51,957 bases of DNA, taken from assembly GCA_937884085.1 (NCBI GenBank), contig CAKZYD010000408.1, forward strand, positions 1 through 51,957. The letters run 5' to 3'. The translations under genes and the position numbers were made by a program. This DNA comes from an uncultured Sphingomonadales bacterium. GTDB lineage: Bacteria > Pseudomonadota > Alphaproteobacteria > Sphingomonadales > CAKZYD01. Shown here in pieces: positions 41,601 through 50,464 of the stretch. The notes below the pieces were generated by a model, which was given only the letters and a program-made list of their open reading frames with translations, did no database searches and was not told the origin of the DNA. Every line of letters begins with the position of its first letter. The stretch's first letter is position 1.

Positions 41601-41988
41601 AAACGAGCGTTCTATCAACACCAAGACCGCGTAGTTGAAGCAAACTTTGACCGACTGACCCAGCATTGCCGGCAATAATGTCGCTGGACGCATCGATCGA
41701 CGCCTGTGCCCCGATAGAGCTAGATAGCGCAGGCAGTTCACGCAGAACGGCAGTCACATCGCCTGTTCCAGAAAGCTTAAGGTCCTCCCCACCGATTGAT
41801 TGAACCGGAACCGGCGCGACCGCATTAGGGTCCCGCGCAATCAGCGAGCCGGTCACAAAAATCTCTTCAGTACTTGCGGCAGCGGCGTCGGTTTGGTCTT
41901 GCGCCGCTGCTGGCAAGCTTGCCATGGCAGTGGCGGCTGCGCCGCTCATTAATAATGCACGAGTCATGGATGCGTGGCGTGCCCGCAT
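38677..41988 (-). CDS. TonB-dependent outer-membrane receptor (large, 1103 aa)
   Basis: Signal peptide, a TonB-box-like EEIFVTGS, a plug domain (VEVLTGGASSLYGADAVTGVVNF) and a long beta-barrel ending ...LGVTANIF with a terminal Phe. Confidence 0.9.
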   Translation of the reverse strand: MRARHASMTRALLMSGAAATAMASLPAAAQDQTDAAAASTEEIFVTGSLIARDPNAVAPVPVQSIGGEDLKLSGTGDVTAVLRELPALSSSIGAQASIDASSDIIAGNAGSVGQSLLQLRGLGVDRTLVLVDGRRHVSGLDSQQSVDIGSIPQGLIENVEVLTGGASSLYGADAVTGVVNFLLKDEYEGLEMDVRGSISDQGDGEEYRINVLYGTNFAGDRGNIFVNAYYGRQNDIRGRDRDFSRSGGISRSISNPDFVFQANEISASSTPGFAQLFARGDTIPTSVAAYNAAFEDEFGTAAPSLTASERALIDRAASAPQLAFRPDVTFAISSERGVIGLNSGADLDLDGNGINDCDQTVVSPVGCWVVNDDGSVRPYQDGEVTQSLVEQSGGDGISTFFDDEYLIPDRTEYGVQVNVKYDFTDSITGFAEGKYVRNRVLFGSPYSIFHDELTIAPDNPFIPEEFGAAGADGLTVFKDHIDMAPRDEKNERETIRFIAGLDWEFDNGWDLELSGNYGQFEQVRTQANDPLGDRYFAALDVVSDPETGEPVCRSDLDPSTVSPTSPFPQYNFGYYTFTPGDGQCQPLNILAGPNGVSDAARNFILTDTFNTFELEQLTFRALLTGDTGDYFELPAGAIGFAFGLEYRDESSQSDFDPLTLGILPQDGIIPGAGEGGADLVVPAGSLIRDVPIDGWVTNSIPIDGTVLQDNVTGSYDVWDVFAEVSIPLISGAAFAEELSIGGAVRYSDYSTIGGAFTWSANLNWQPIESLRFRASYAKAVRAPNIFELFSPEVGTTFETDRFDPCEQASIDTLTASDAAAGARRAANCQADGIPAGFINPATGRFVGVEGGNPDLTEETAKTYTIGAVFQPTWFNGFTLTVDYFNIEIQNAIAAISDRDIVENCYDSESLDNQFCTQFSRNRDPSSSLFLTFNFLRQSQLNFGALKTSGVDVTANYQFAVSEIDFNVSTFWSYVSELDQFFDPQDPSIFDPELGEIQRPQWSGGVNITAEYGDLLVGYGMTYIGQTGLRDVEIEVGLEQFGPSAFAGPAHIHDINASYRVNDMFTVYGGVNNLADRKPYITEQAYPVSPIGRQFFLGVTANIF

Positions 41989-42159
41989 AAGTCTTCCTCC
42001 AAATTGGCTGCCCCTTGTTTTGCAGCGCGTTTATATTCTGCAGACGCGCAAGCCCAAGTCAGACGATTTGCCCAACCGCACGTCTGCCTTAATTTTCGAC
42101 AGGGCTTTGCAAAGAACGCAACAGGAAATTAAGGATATGTTCAGAATTAGCGCTGCGTT

Positions 42160-42188
42160 GCACAAAAACCACGTATTTCATTTTGTGC
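42160..42188. promoter_or_regulatory. Palindrome GCACAAAA-N13-TTTTGTGC in the TBDR/trmFO divergent intergenic region
   Basis: Perfect 8-bp arms with a 13-bp spacer. The architecture matches the 37357-37389 site. Confidence 0.35.
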
Positions 42189-42301
42189 GATAGGGGCTTA
42201 GCGAAATTTTCTTTTCCTGCCCAAAAACTAGGCAGTGTGAACGGCGTTTCCTTGACCATAAGACCCCGCTACTTTAGCGCGCAAATAAAAAGGAGCAGGC
42301 T

Positions 42302-43630
42302 ATGATTCACATCGTTGGTGGTGGACTGGCAGGGTGCGAAGCGGCGTACCAAGCGGCGCAAGCTGGCGCCGAGGTGACCCTGTATGAGATGCGCCCTCAG
42401 AAGGGCACCGACGCCCACCAGACGGAGACGCTCGCCGAGCTGGTCTGTTCTAATTCCTTCCGCAGCGACGATATGCACAACAATGCCGTCGGCCTGCTTC
42501 ATGAAGAAATGCGCCGGGCTGGCTCTCTCATTATGCAGGCAGGGGAAGGCGCGCGGGTGCCAGCGGGCGGCGCCATGGCGGTTGACCGCGATGTGTTCGC
42601 GCAGGCTGTCCAAACTGCCATTGAGCAACATCCCCGCATCACGCTCAAGCGCGAAGCGGTAGAGACATGGCCGCCTGATACGTGGGAACAGGTCATCATT
42701 GCGACCGGGCCGCTCACGCTGCAAAGCCTCGCTGCCGACATAAAAGAGCGAACCGGCGAAGACGCCCTCGCCTTCTTTGATGCGATTGCCCCCATTGTTT
42801 ATAAAGACAGCATCGATTTCTCGAAGGCCTGGTTTCAGTCGCGCTACGACAAAGGCGATGGCAAAGATTATATCAACTGCCCGCTCGATGAAGCGCAATA
42901 TACAGCCTTTATTGCCGCTCTGCTGGAGGGCGACACGACAGACTTCAAAGATTGGGAAAAGGACACACCCTATTTTGAAGGCTGTATGCCCATTGAAGTG
43001 ATGGCCAGCCGGGGGCCGGAGACGTTGCGCTTTGGCCCCATGAAACCAGTCGGCCTGACCAACCCCAATACGGGCGAGCGCCCCCATGCGGTGGTCCAGC
43101 TGCGCCAGGACAACAAGCTTGGCACGCTCTATAATATTGTGGGCTTTCAGACGAAATTGAAATACGGCGCACAAAGCGACGTCTTCCGCATGATACCGGG
43201 CCTGGAAAACGCCAGCTTTGCCCGGCTGGGCGGCCTGCATCGCAACACCTTCATCAATTCGCCGCGCCTACTGGAGCAGGACCTACGCCTTTCGGCCGAG
43301 CCGCGCATTCGGTTTGCGGGGCAAATCACCGGCGTTGAAGGCTATGTGGAATCAGCGGCGATTGGGTTGCTGGCTGGCCGGTTTGCCGCTGCAGAGCAGA
43401 GCGGACAAGCTCTCAACCTGCCACCGCGTGAAACAGCGCTTGGCGCGCTGCTATGGCACATCACCGGCGAAGCGATGTCTGATACATTTCAGCCGATGAA
43501 CATTAATTTTGGACTGTTTCCAGCGTTGGAGAAAAGGTTGAAAAAGAAAGACCGGCGTCCTGCCATGGCGAAACGCGCGCTTGATGCCTTGGATGCTTGG
43601 TTGGCACCAGAAACTCTGGCAGCGGAATAA
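42302..43630 (+). CDS. trmFO: Methylenetetrahydrofolate--tRNA-(uracil54-C5)-methyltransferase TrmFO
   Basis: [19 protein letters not shown]..., LVCSNSFR and [14 protein letters not shown] motifs. SD AAAGGAG. Confidence 0.95.
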   Translation: MIHIVGGGLAGCEAAYQAAQAGAEVTLYEMRPQKGTDAHQTETLAELVCSNSFRSDDMHNNAVGLLHEEMRRAGSLIMQAGEGARVPAGGAMAVDRDVFAQAVQTAIEQHPRITLKREAVETWPPDTWEQVIIATGPLTLQSLAADIKERTGEDALAFFDAIAPIVYKDSIDFSKAWFQSRYDKGDGKDYINCPLDEAQYTAFIAALLEGDTTDFKDWEKDTPYFEGCMPIEVMASRGPETLRFGPMKPVGLTNPNTGERPHAVVQLRQDNKLGTLYNIVGFQTKLKYGAQSDVFRMIPGLENASFARLGGLHRNTFINSPRLLEQDLRLSAEPRIRFAGQITGVEGYVESAAIGLLAGRFAAAEQSGQALNLPPRETALGALLWHITGEAMSDTFQPMNINFGLFPALEKRLKKKDRRPAMAKRALDALDAWLAPETLAAE

Positions 43631-43660
43631 AAAAAGCGCGGCCGGATGAACCAACCGCGC
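43629..43660 (-). terminator. Rho-independent terminator after the DUF4332 gene (overlaps the trmFO stop)
   Basis: The minus strand reads GCGCGG-N13-CCGCGC followed by UUUUUUU. Confidence 0.6.
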
Positions 43661-43685
43661 CTGTGCTTAAGGCCTAAGGTTTGCC

Positions 43686-44093
43686 TTAGTATTTCATGAC
43701 CGGGTCAAGCTCTTTGGCTTGACCAACCCAGCCTTCTACGACCTTTTCAGATGGCAAGCTGCGAACCAGCTTTTTCTTCGCGTTCACTTCGGCCATTTTT
43801 GCAGCGAGATTGTCAGGGCGGCGATTGCGGAGCTCTTTAACAGTATCAACGCCAGCGGCTTCCAGAAGCTCCGAATATTCCTCACCAACGCCTTTAATGC
43901 GCATCAGGTCCGCCATGTTGGCAAATTTGAGGATTTTCTTCTCGTCAATACCCGTGTCAGCGGCAACTTGCTTGCGGCCTTTTGGCGTGCAGGCCTGCTC
44001 AAGCAGCGCCCCTGTTGTGCGAATGCCCGCGCCTTTGAGTTTTTCGGCCAATGCTGGGCCAATGCCTTCAATGTCGATAATGCTATAGCTCAT
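43686..44093 (-). CDS. DUF4332 (helix-hairpin-helix) domain protein
   Basis: MSYSIIDIEGIGPALAEKLKGAGIRTTGALLE... and IKGVGEEYSELLEAAGVDTVKELR show repeated HhH-like motifs. Confidence 0.7.
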   Translation of the reverse strand: MSYSIIDIEGIGPALAEKLKGAGIRTTGALLEQACTPKGRKQVAADTGIDEKKILKFANMADLMRIKGVGEEYSELLEAAGVDTVKELRNRRPDNLAAKMAEVNAKKKLVRSLPSEKVVEGWVGQAKELDPVMKY

Positions 44094-44275
44094 GAGATAC
44101 TGTGCTCCCGCGTCCGGTTTCGGTTTATAAATAGGTCACAATGTGGCCCCCTTGGCGGGTTTGTTTATCTCGCTCCAGCATCGGCGCGTTATCCTTCCCC
44201 CAAGATGGCCAGCATCGAACCGGATTTTTTTCGGAAAGGCAATGCCTAACGCGGGATGAGGTCTGATTTATCCGC

Positions 44276-45115
44276 CTACAGTCTGCCAAAACGACTATAT
44301 ATCCAGGCCCGAACGATAAAGCGCGCTACATTGACGGGTGGAGATGGCTGCTCAGGATCAAAGTCGTGCTTGGCAGCGTCACGACCGCTGATGAGGGCCA
44401 AGATAGCAGGTGCGAGGCCAGCGCGCTGACGCTTTGACCATGGCAAACACAAACTCTCCTGAAGCGTCGATAAGGATTGCGTGCCCATCTTCCCTAGCGT
44501 GGCTTTAAGCCCTGGCGTAAACGCGCCTTGAAACAGCATTTCCGGGGCTTGCCCGGCCGCTTCCAGTGCGTCCACAGCCAAATGCACCTCGCGCCGCTGC
44601 GCATGATAGCCAACGGCCTCAACGACTGCCAATTGAGCAGCCGCTGCGCCGAGCGCTCGGCCTTGCTCTTGGGTAGCTTCATCGCCGCCTGTGACGGCAA
44701 TCACTTGTGCGTACAGGGAGCCGCCAATAGCGCGGATATAGTCTTGCGCCGCCGCCATATCGACGGGCGCGTCGTCATAAAGGTCGCCTTCGCGTGCATC
44801 TATCATGGCATTGAGCTGCGTAACGTCTAACCGCTTGTCTTGGATTGGCCCCGCAAGAGCCTCAACGACGGGGTGGCGGCGCGGCTGGCCAGCCACTATG
44901 CCGTCTAACGCCTCTCGCCACCATGTGAGCCGTATTTCGCCAAGCATGGGCTCTGAAACACTGTCGCGGATGCGCGACAACTCCGAATGGAAGGCATGGA
45001 GCGCTATAAGCGGCGCTTGGTCAGCCGGCTGTGCAAAGAGGCACGCGATGTAGCGCGGCTTGTCCAGGTCCTTTAGATGCGATGCGCAGGCCTGTGTGAC
45101 GGCATCAAACGGCAT
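44276..45115 (-). CDS. Squalene/phytoene synthase-family protein (NDUFAF6-like)
   Basis: 279 aa. An all-helical isoprenoid-synthase-like sequence (RLTWWREAL, DLYDD). It lies adjacent to a DUF498 gene, as in other alphaproteobacteria. Confidence 0.75.
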   Translation of the reverse strand: MPFDAVTQACASHLKDLDKPRYIACLFAQPADQAPLIALHAFHSELSRIRDSVSEPMLGEIRLTWWREALDGIVAGQPRRHPVVEALAGPIQDKRLDVTQLNAMIDAREGDLYDDAPVDMAAAQDYIRAIGGSLYAQVIAVTGGDEATQEQGRALGAAAAQLAVVEAVGYHAQRREVHLAVDALEAAGQAPEMLFQGAFTPGLKATLGKMGTQSLSTLQESLCLPWSKRQRAGLAPAILALISGRDAAKHDFDPEQPSPPVNVARFIVRAWIYSRFGRL

Positions 45116-45127
45116 CAGAGCGTCGCC

Positions 45128-45502
45128 TCAAACAGGAAATAGAAGGCAGGCGGCCTGGCGGTCTTCCGTCACCAACACATTATAAGTTCGCGCTGCTGCG
45201 CCGGTGTCCATTACATCCACGGGGATGTGTGCATCGGCAAACGCCTTGCGCAGGGCAGACGGCATTTGCAGCATGGTCTGGCCGGTTCCAATCAGCAACA
45301 CATCGAGCGGTCCGAGCGCTTCGGACATGGTCTTTATGTGCTCATGAGCGAGGTCTGCAAATGCCTCTACAGGTGCTGGCTGGGCATAGTCACTGGCGAC
45401 GAGAACGGCGCCTTTCTGAACCAGCCCAGCCACACGAAAGCCCCCATCCCCATAGCCTCGGATGAGAAACTTGTTGCCGCTGTCCGCCTTCTGAAGCTTC
45501 AT
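45128..45502 (-). CDS. Mth938-like / DUF498 protein (NDUFAF3-like)
   Basis: 124 aa. FLIRGYGDGGFRV..., DVLLIGTG and VDVMDTGAAARTYNVL motifs. Confidence 0.8.
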   Translation of the reverse strand: MKLQKADSGNKFLIRGYGDGGFRVAGLVQKGAVLVASDYAQPAPVEAFADLAHEHIKTMSEALGPLDVLLIGTGQTMLQMPSALRKAFADAHIPVDVMDTGAAARTYNVLVTEDRQAACLLFPV

Positions 45503-45506
45503 CGCG

Positions 45507-46436
45507 TTATGGCGCGGCCTTGGCTTCCTGGGGGATGAAAGCCTCGCGGCTGACGTTCAGCGCGTTGAGTACGGGAGAAGCAACGAAGATTGAGGAATAG
45601 GTTCCAATCACGACCCCCCAAATCATCGCTGCCGTAAACCCGCGAATGACCTCGCCGCCCAGGAAGAAGAGCGCCAGCAAGGCAAGCAAGGTGGTGATAG
45701 ACGTCATCAATGTCCGCGCCAGGGTTTCATTGAGCGATTGGTCGATGATTTCAAGGATGCTTGGTTTTCTAAACTTGCGCAGGTTTTCTCGAATGCGGTC
45801 GAACACAACCACCGTATCGTTCAGCGAGTAGCCGACAATGGTGAGAATAGCGGCAACGATGGAGAGATTGAACTCCAATTGGGTGACAGAGAAAAAGCCA
45901 ATCGTAAGGGCAACATCATGAATGAGGGACGTAACCGCACCCAAACCAAATTGCCATTCAAAGCGAAACCAGATGTAAATCATGATGGCACCGACCGCGA
46001 GAAGCACTGCGGTGATACCTTTCTCCACAAGCTCGCCTGATACTTTTGGGCCAACGCTTTCCGTTCGCCGAACCTGATAGCTTTGTTCCAGCGCCTGGTC
46101 TAATGCGCCGAGGACTGCAACTATGGCTGGCTGTTCGCCCCCATCGGCTTGGCGCTCTAGCCGGATGAGGATGTCATTGGGCGCACCAAATTCTTGAGCA
46201 GCGACATCCCCTAGCCCAAGCGCGAACACGCTCGCTCGAATGACTTCCAAGTCAGCTGGTCCATCGGTTTCAATTTCAATAGTCACGCCGCCGCGGAAGT
46301 CGATGCCGAAGTTGAGGCCATTCATATAAGTGTAGGCGCCAGAGGCGATGACCAACAAAACGGATAAGACCATCGCGATCTTGCGAAACTGCATGAAGGG
46401 GATTTTGGTATTTTCTGGAACGAGCCGGAGGAGCAT
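45507..46436 (-). CDS. secF: Protein translocase subunit SecF
   Basis: FMQFRKIAMVLSVLLV..., NFGIDFRGG and a C-terminal six-TM domain. It follows secD. Confidence 0.95.
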   Translation of the reverse strand: MLLRLVPENTKIPFMQFRKIAMVLSVLLVIASGAYTYMNGLNFGIDFRGGVTIEIETDGPADLEVIRASVFALGLGDVAAQEFGAPNDILIRLERQADGGEQPAIVAVLGALDQALEQSYQVRRTESVGPKVSGELVEKGITAVLLAVGAIMIYIWFRFEWQFGLGAVTSLIHDVALTIGFFSVTQLEFNLSIVAAILTIVGYSLNDTVVVFDRIRENLRKFRKPSILEIIDQSLNETLARTLMTSITTLLALLALFFLGGEVIRGFTAAMIWGVVIGTYSSIFVASPVLNALNVSREAFIPQEAKAAP

Positions 46437-46450
46437 TGAAAAACCCTTCG

Positions 46451-48067
46451 CTAAATCGCGAGCGTTTGCGGGCGGCTGCGCCGCAGCCAGACAGTCAAGA
46501 TCATGCGGGTCACCATGATGGCGCTGAAGACGGATGTGATGATGCCGATGGCCAGCGTAACAGCAAAGCCTTTCACCGGGCCAGAGCCGAACTGGAACAT
46601 CAGGAGAGCAGCGAGAAGCGTCGTGATGTTGGCATCAAAAATAGTACTCATGGCGTTGCGGTAGCCTGCATCGACCGCCTGGACGGGTCGGCGACCAACA
46701 CGCAATTCTTCTCGAATACGCTCGAACACCAGAACATTGGCGTCCACCGCCATGCCAACGGTGAGAACGATGCCTGCAATGCCTGGCAGTGTGAGCGTGG
46801 CCTGCAGGCCAGACATGGCGGCGAATAGAAGTACGATATTCGCAAACAGTGCCACATCTGCCACCAGGCCAAAGCGGCCATAGACCAACACCATGAAAAC
46901 GATGACGGCCACCAAGCCAATGACGCCGGCAATCTTACCGGCAGCGACAGAGTCTGCGCCCATATCCGGACCAACCGTGCGTTCTTCCAGAACTGTCAGG
47001 TCCGCTGGCAATGCGCCCGCGCGCAGCAGCAAAGCCAGTTGAGAGGAAGTTTGGGCATTGAAACTGCCTGAGATCTGCGCCGAGCCACCCAAGATAGGCT
47101 CATTGATATTGGGCGCTGAAATGACTTTTTCGTCCAAAACGATGGCGAAGGGACGACCGACATTTTCACGCGTGACATCGGCAAAGATACGTCCCCCTGC
47201 TGAGTTGAAGTCGATATTGACGACCCAGCGGTTTTCCGAAAAGGAGGCATTGGCGGAATTAAGCTGGTCGCCCGTAATCATCGCGCGCCGCCTTATGGCG
47301 ATCTTGCGGTTTTCGTCTTCCTCAAAGACACGCAGCTCCGAACCTGGGGGGACACGGCCACGGGCAATATCTTCAGCGGACACCGTGACATCAACCAGAT
47401 GGAAAGTTAGACGCGCCGTTTGTGTGAAAATCGCCTTGGCTTCTTCACGGTCTTGCAACCCGGGAAGCTGGACGACAATTCGGTCTTCTCCCTGCCCTTG
47501 AATGGTCGGCTCCCGTGTGCCCAGTTCATCGACCCGGCGCCGAATGACCTCGATGGATTGGCCAACGACTTGCGTCTTACGCGCAGAAATCGCGGCCTCT
47601 GTGAGGACGATCGTGACCTTACCAGTATCGGTGATCCCATATTCGAAATTCGGCTGGCCCGGGCCAAGCTGGCTGGCGCCAACTGGGGAAATTGCCGCGT
47701 TGAGGACTTTTTTGACCACCTCGCTTTGCGCTGAATCGCGCAGCATGAAGGAAATGCCGCTATCCATATCAGCGAAATTCGCATAGCCGATGCGGCGCCC
47801 TTCTGGCGTGCGGGCATCACGGAGCGCCTGCCTGATGGTATCGCCAAGGCTTTCAACCTGTTCGGTGAGTACCGAAGCGCTGTCCACTTCTAACAGAAAA
47901 TGCGACCCGCCTTGCAAATCAAGCCCGAGGTTGACGGTGTTGGTCGGGGCCCAGCTTGGGAATTGGCCGCGCGTGTTTTCATCAAAGACATTGGGCAGCG
48001 CAAAGATCAGGCCGAGCACGCAAATGCCGGTGATCAGCGCAATCTTCCAGGGGGGAAAGTCAAGCAT
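46451..48067 (-). CDS. secD: Protein translocase subunit SecD
   Basis: MLDFPPWK..., LGLDLQGG, a periplasmic P1 domain and a C-terminal six-TM domain. Confidence 0.95.
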   Translation of the reverse strand: MLDFPPWKIALITGICVLGLIFALPNVFDENTRGQFPSWAPTNTVNLGLDLQGGSHFLLEVDSASVLTEQVESLGDTIRQALRDARTPEGRRIGYANFADMDSGISFMLRDSAQSEVVKKVLNAAISPVGASQLGPGQPNFEYGITDTGKVTIVLTEAAISARKTQVVGQSIEVIRRRVDELGTREPTIQGQGEDRIVVQLPGLQDREEAKAIFTQTARLTFHLVDVTVSAEDIARGRVPPGSELRVFEEDENRKIAIRRRAMITGDQLNSANASFSENRWVVNIDFNSAGGRIFADVTRENVGRPFAIVLDEKVISAPNINEPILGGSAQISGSFNAQTSSQLALLLRAGALPADLTVLEERTVGPDMGADSVAAGKIAGVIGLVAVIVFMVLVYGRFGLVADVALFANIVLLFAAMSGLQATLTLPGIAGIVLTVGMAVDANVLVFERIREELRVGRRPVQAVDAGYRNAMSTIFDANITTLLAALLMFQFGSGPVKGFAVTLAIGIITSVFSAIMVTRMILTVWLRRSRPQTLAI

Positions 48068-48079
48068 CAGCTTAGGGGT

Positions 48080-48424
48080 CTACTTCTTCTCAGACTTTTT
48101 ATCGTCAGCCGGCTCGGTTTTGGTCCGCACGTCTGAAATGGTGGACTTGACGGCTTTCACCCGCACGCCCTCGGCCAAATCAATTTCCACATCATCGTCT
48201 GCGACTTTGGCCACTTTGCCAATCAAGCCGCCGGCCGTGACCACAACGTCGCCGCGGCGGATGCCACCGACCATATTCTGGTGGTCCTTGAGGCGCTTTT
48301 GCTGCGGCCGGATAAGCAGGAAGTAAAAGATGACGAACAGCAGCACAATCATGGTAATTGGGCTTGCCAAAATGGCCTGCACGCCGGTTGGCGCCGTTTG
48401 TGCGTAAGCCACATCAATAAACAT
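48080..48424 (-). CDS. yajC: Preprotein translocase subunit YajC
   Basis: The internal ATG at 48424 is preceded by AAGGA. MFIDVAYAQT...LLIRPQQKRLKDHQNMV..IRRGDVVVTAGGLIG. The track ORF is extended to 48523. Confidence 0.9.
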   Translation of the reverse strand: MFIDVAYAQTAPTGVQAILASPITMIVLLFVIFYFLLIRPQQKRLKDHQNMVGGIRRGDVVVTAGGLIGKVAKVADDDVEIDLAEGVRVKAVKSTISDVRTKTEPADDKKSEKK

Positions 48425-48521
48425 GCGAGTTCCTTTTCTAGCCTTCCTGGTCCTGCAGCGATAGACAGGTGGCACACACCACAGCCCAACACCGCCCACC
48501 CCCTGACCTATGAGGTATGCC

Positions 48522-49382
48522 ATGGCAGATAAGGCCAGTCTGCGAACATTACTAGAGCGAATTGCACTTGCGCTGGAAGGTTTGGCCGCGCAGTCCCATG
48601 CCGACGCCTCTCAAACACCTGAATTCGAGACCGCCGATAGCTATGTTTGGCAGGCTGACACAGCAACACTGAAGCCTGTCCGTCATGTCCATGCCGTACC
48701 GCTCGACTTGCTCCTCGGCATTGATCAGCAAAAGGCGACCTTAAGCGAGAATACCCGGCGGTTTGCCGCCGGCTATCCGGCGAACAATGCGCTTCTCTGG
48801 GGCGCGCGTGGCACGGGGAAGAGTTCGCTGGTGAAAGCCATCCATGCGGCTCTGCCCAGTCCCAAACCTGCCTTGGTGGAAATCCATCGGGAAGACATCA
48901 CCAGCCTGCCCGCGTTAATGGAGATTCTGAGCGGATTAGAGCGCCGCACACTCCTGTACTGCGATGACCTCTCTTTCTCCAAGGATGAGAGCAGCTACAA
49001 ATCCCTGAAAGCCGTCCTTGACGGCGGGCTGATGGGGCGGCCGGATAACGTCATCTTCTATGCGACCTCCAATCGGCGCCATCTGATGCCGCGCGATATG
49101 ATGGAAAATGAACGCTCAACCGCGATCAATCCAGCAGAAGCTGTCGAAGAAGCTGTGTCCCTCTCCGACCGGTTTGGCCTTTGGCTTGGCTTTCATAGGG
49201 TTGACCAAGCGCTGTTTTTAAAAATGGTGCATGGCTATGCGAAACGCTTCGACTTGCCAAGCGAGGGCTTGGAAGACGCGGCCAAAACTTGGTCTGTGAC
49301 GCGCGGCACGCGGTCAGGCCGGGTAGCGTGGCAATTCATTCAGGATTGGGCCGGCGCGCATGCGCAGCGGCTGGAGTTTTAG
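48522..49382 (+). CDS. DUF815 AAA-type ATPase
   Basis: Walker A GARGTGKSS and Walker B LLYCDDLSF. The ATG at 48522 has SD GAGGT; an alternative ATG lies at 48510. Confidence 0.8.
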   Translation: MADKASLRTLLERIALALEGLAAQSHADASQTPEFETADSYVWQADTATLKPVRHVHAVPLDLLLGIDQQKATLSENTRRFAAGYPANNALLWGARGTGKSSLVKAIHAALPSPKPALVEIHREDITSLPALMEILSGLERRTLLYCDDLSFSKDESSYKSLKAVLDGGLMGRPDNVIFYATSNRRHLMPRDMMENERSTAINPAEAVEEAVSLSDRFGLWLGFHRVDQALFLKMVHGYAKRFDLPSEGLEDAAKTWSVTRGTRSGRVAWQFIQDWAGAHAQRLEF

Positions 49383-50392
49383 CGGCCAGCGGCAGCCATT
49401 TGTGTGCGGCCTAGATAGCGCATGGGGTCAATCGCCCTGCTGTCGCGGCGCAGCTCAAAATGCAGCTGCGGGCTTTGCACCAAACCGGTGTTGCCAACGC
49501 GCGCGATTTGCTGGCCTTGCACAACCCAATCCCCAGGCTGCACGGCATAGCTAGATAGGTGCGCATAGGCGCTGACCATACCGTTGGAATGACGCAGGAG
49601 GATGAGATTTCCAAATGCCCGCAGCTTTTTCCCTGCGTAAATGACTTCACCCGCTGCCGCGGCATAGACCGGCGCGCCAGAGCGAGCCGCGATATTGACG
49701 CCATCATTGCGCAAACCGTCCGCTTTCACGCCATAACCCGACACCACTTTGCCAGTGACCGGCCAAATGAAGGTCGCTGACCCCGCTTTAGGTGACAACG
49801 GCGCTTTGACCACAGCCTTCGTCGCTGACGCACCTGGCAACCGCAGTGTCTGTCCAGGCTTTAAGACGTAGGGCTTTTTCAGGCTGTTGATGCGAATGAG
49901 CTCCGCTGGAACAACACCATGACGGCGCGCGATTGCGTATACGCCGTCGCCTTTGCGCACCCGGTAGATGGGTTTTGAAGGCGCGGAGACCTTAACAGCT
50001 TTGACAGGAGCAGGCTTGGCCACCTGTCGCGGCGCTGGTGCGCCGGAGAAAACAAGCGTTTGGCCGCGTGCCAAGTGATAAGGCGCTTTCAAACCATTCA
50101 GCTGAATCAGCGTTTGGGCGGACACGCCATAGCGTCTAGCCAGGCCATAGACCGTATCGCCCGCTTGAACGGTGTAAACCGCTGCTGAGCGCTTTGGCTG
50201 GGCTGGTTTTGGCGTCCAGGTCACCCGCTGAACGGCCGGTTTCGCTTTTGGCGTTGGTACTGGGATGGGACTGTTCGTGATTTGCCAGCGTGGGCTTACG
50301 GCGCGGTAGTCATAGGGTTGCGCACAGGCGACTGCCAGGAACGACCCGAGGATGAGCACAAGGCTCCGCGATATGAAAACCGAAGCAAGCAT
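49379..50392 (-). CDS. LysM-repeat / M23 family murein endopeptidase (NlpD-like)
   Basis: Signal/lipobox-like N-terminus (VACAQ), three LysM-like repeats (YTVQAGDTVYGLARRYGV..., YRVRKGDGVYAIARRHGV...) and an M23 core (HSNGMVSAYAHL, GNTG...PQLHFE). Confidence 0.9.
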   Translation of the reverse strand: MLASVFISRSLVLILGSFLAVACAQPYDYRAVSPRWQITNSPIPVPTPKAKPAVQRVTWTPKPAQPKRSAAVYTVQAGDTVYGLARRYGVSAQTLIQLNGLKAPYHLARGQTLVFSGAPAPRQVAKPAPVKAVKVSAPSKPIYRVRKGDGVYAIARRHGVVPAELIRINSLKKPYVLKPGQTLRLPGASATKAVVKAPLSPKAGSATFIWPVTGKVVSGYGVKADGLRNDGVNIAARSGAPVYAAAAGEVIYAGKKLRAFGNLILLRHSNGMVSAYAHLSSYAVQPGDWVVQGQQIARVGNTGLVQSPQLHFELRRDSRAIDPMRYLGRTQMAAAGR

Positions 50393-50464
50393 ACGGATAA
50401 AATAAAGTCGCGCGAATCGGCTGTCTAGCCGTCCAATCGAGATTCGCCTTTTGGACTCAAGGCT

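Noticed and set aside
42269-43240. 323-aa ORF on the minus strand
   Set aside because: It is entirely antisense to trmFO, which has unmistakable family motifs. The translation is Arg/Ala/Gly-rich low-information sequence typical of shadow ORFs in GC-rich genes.
43719-44249. 176-aa plus-strand ORF
   Set aside because: It is antisense to the DUF4332 gene, which has a good start context and its own terminator.
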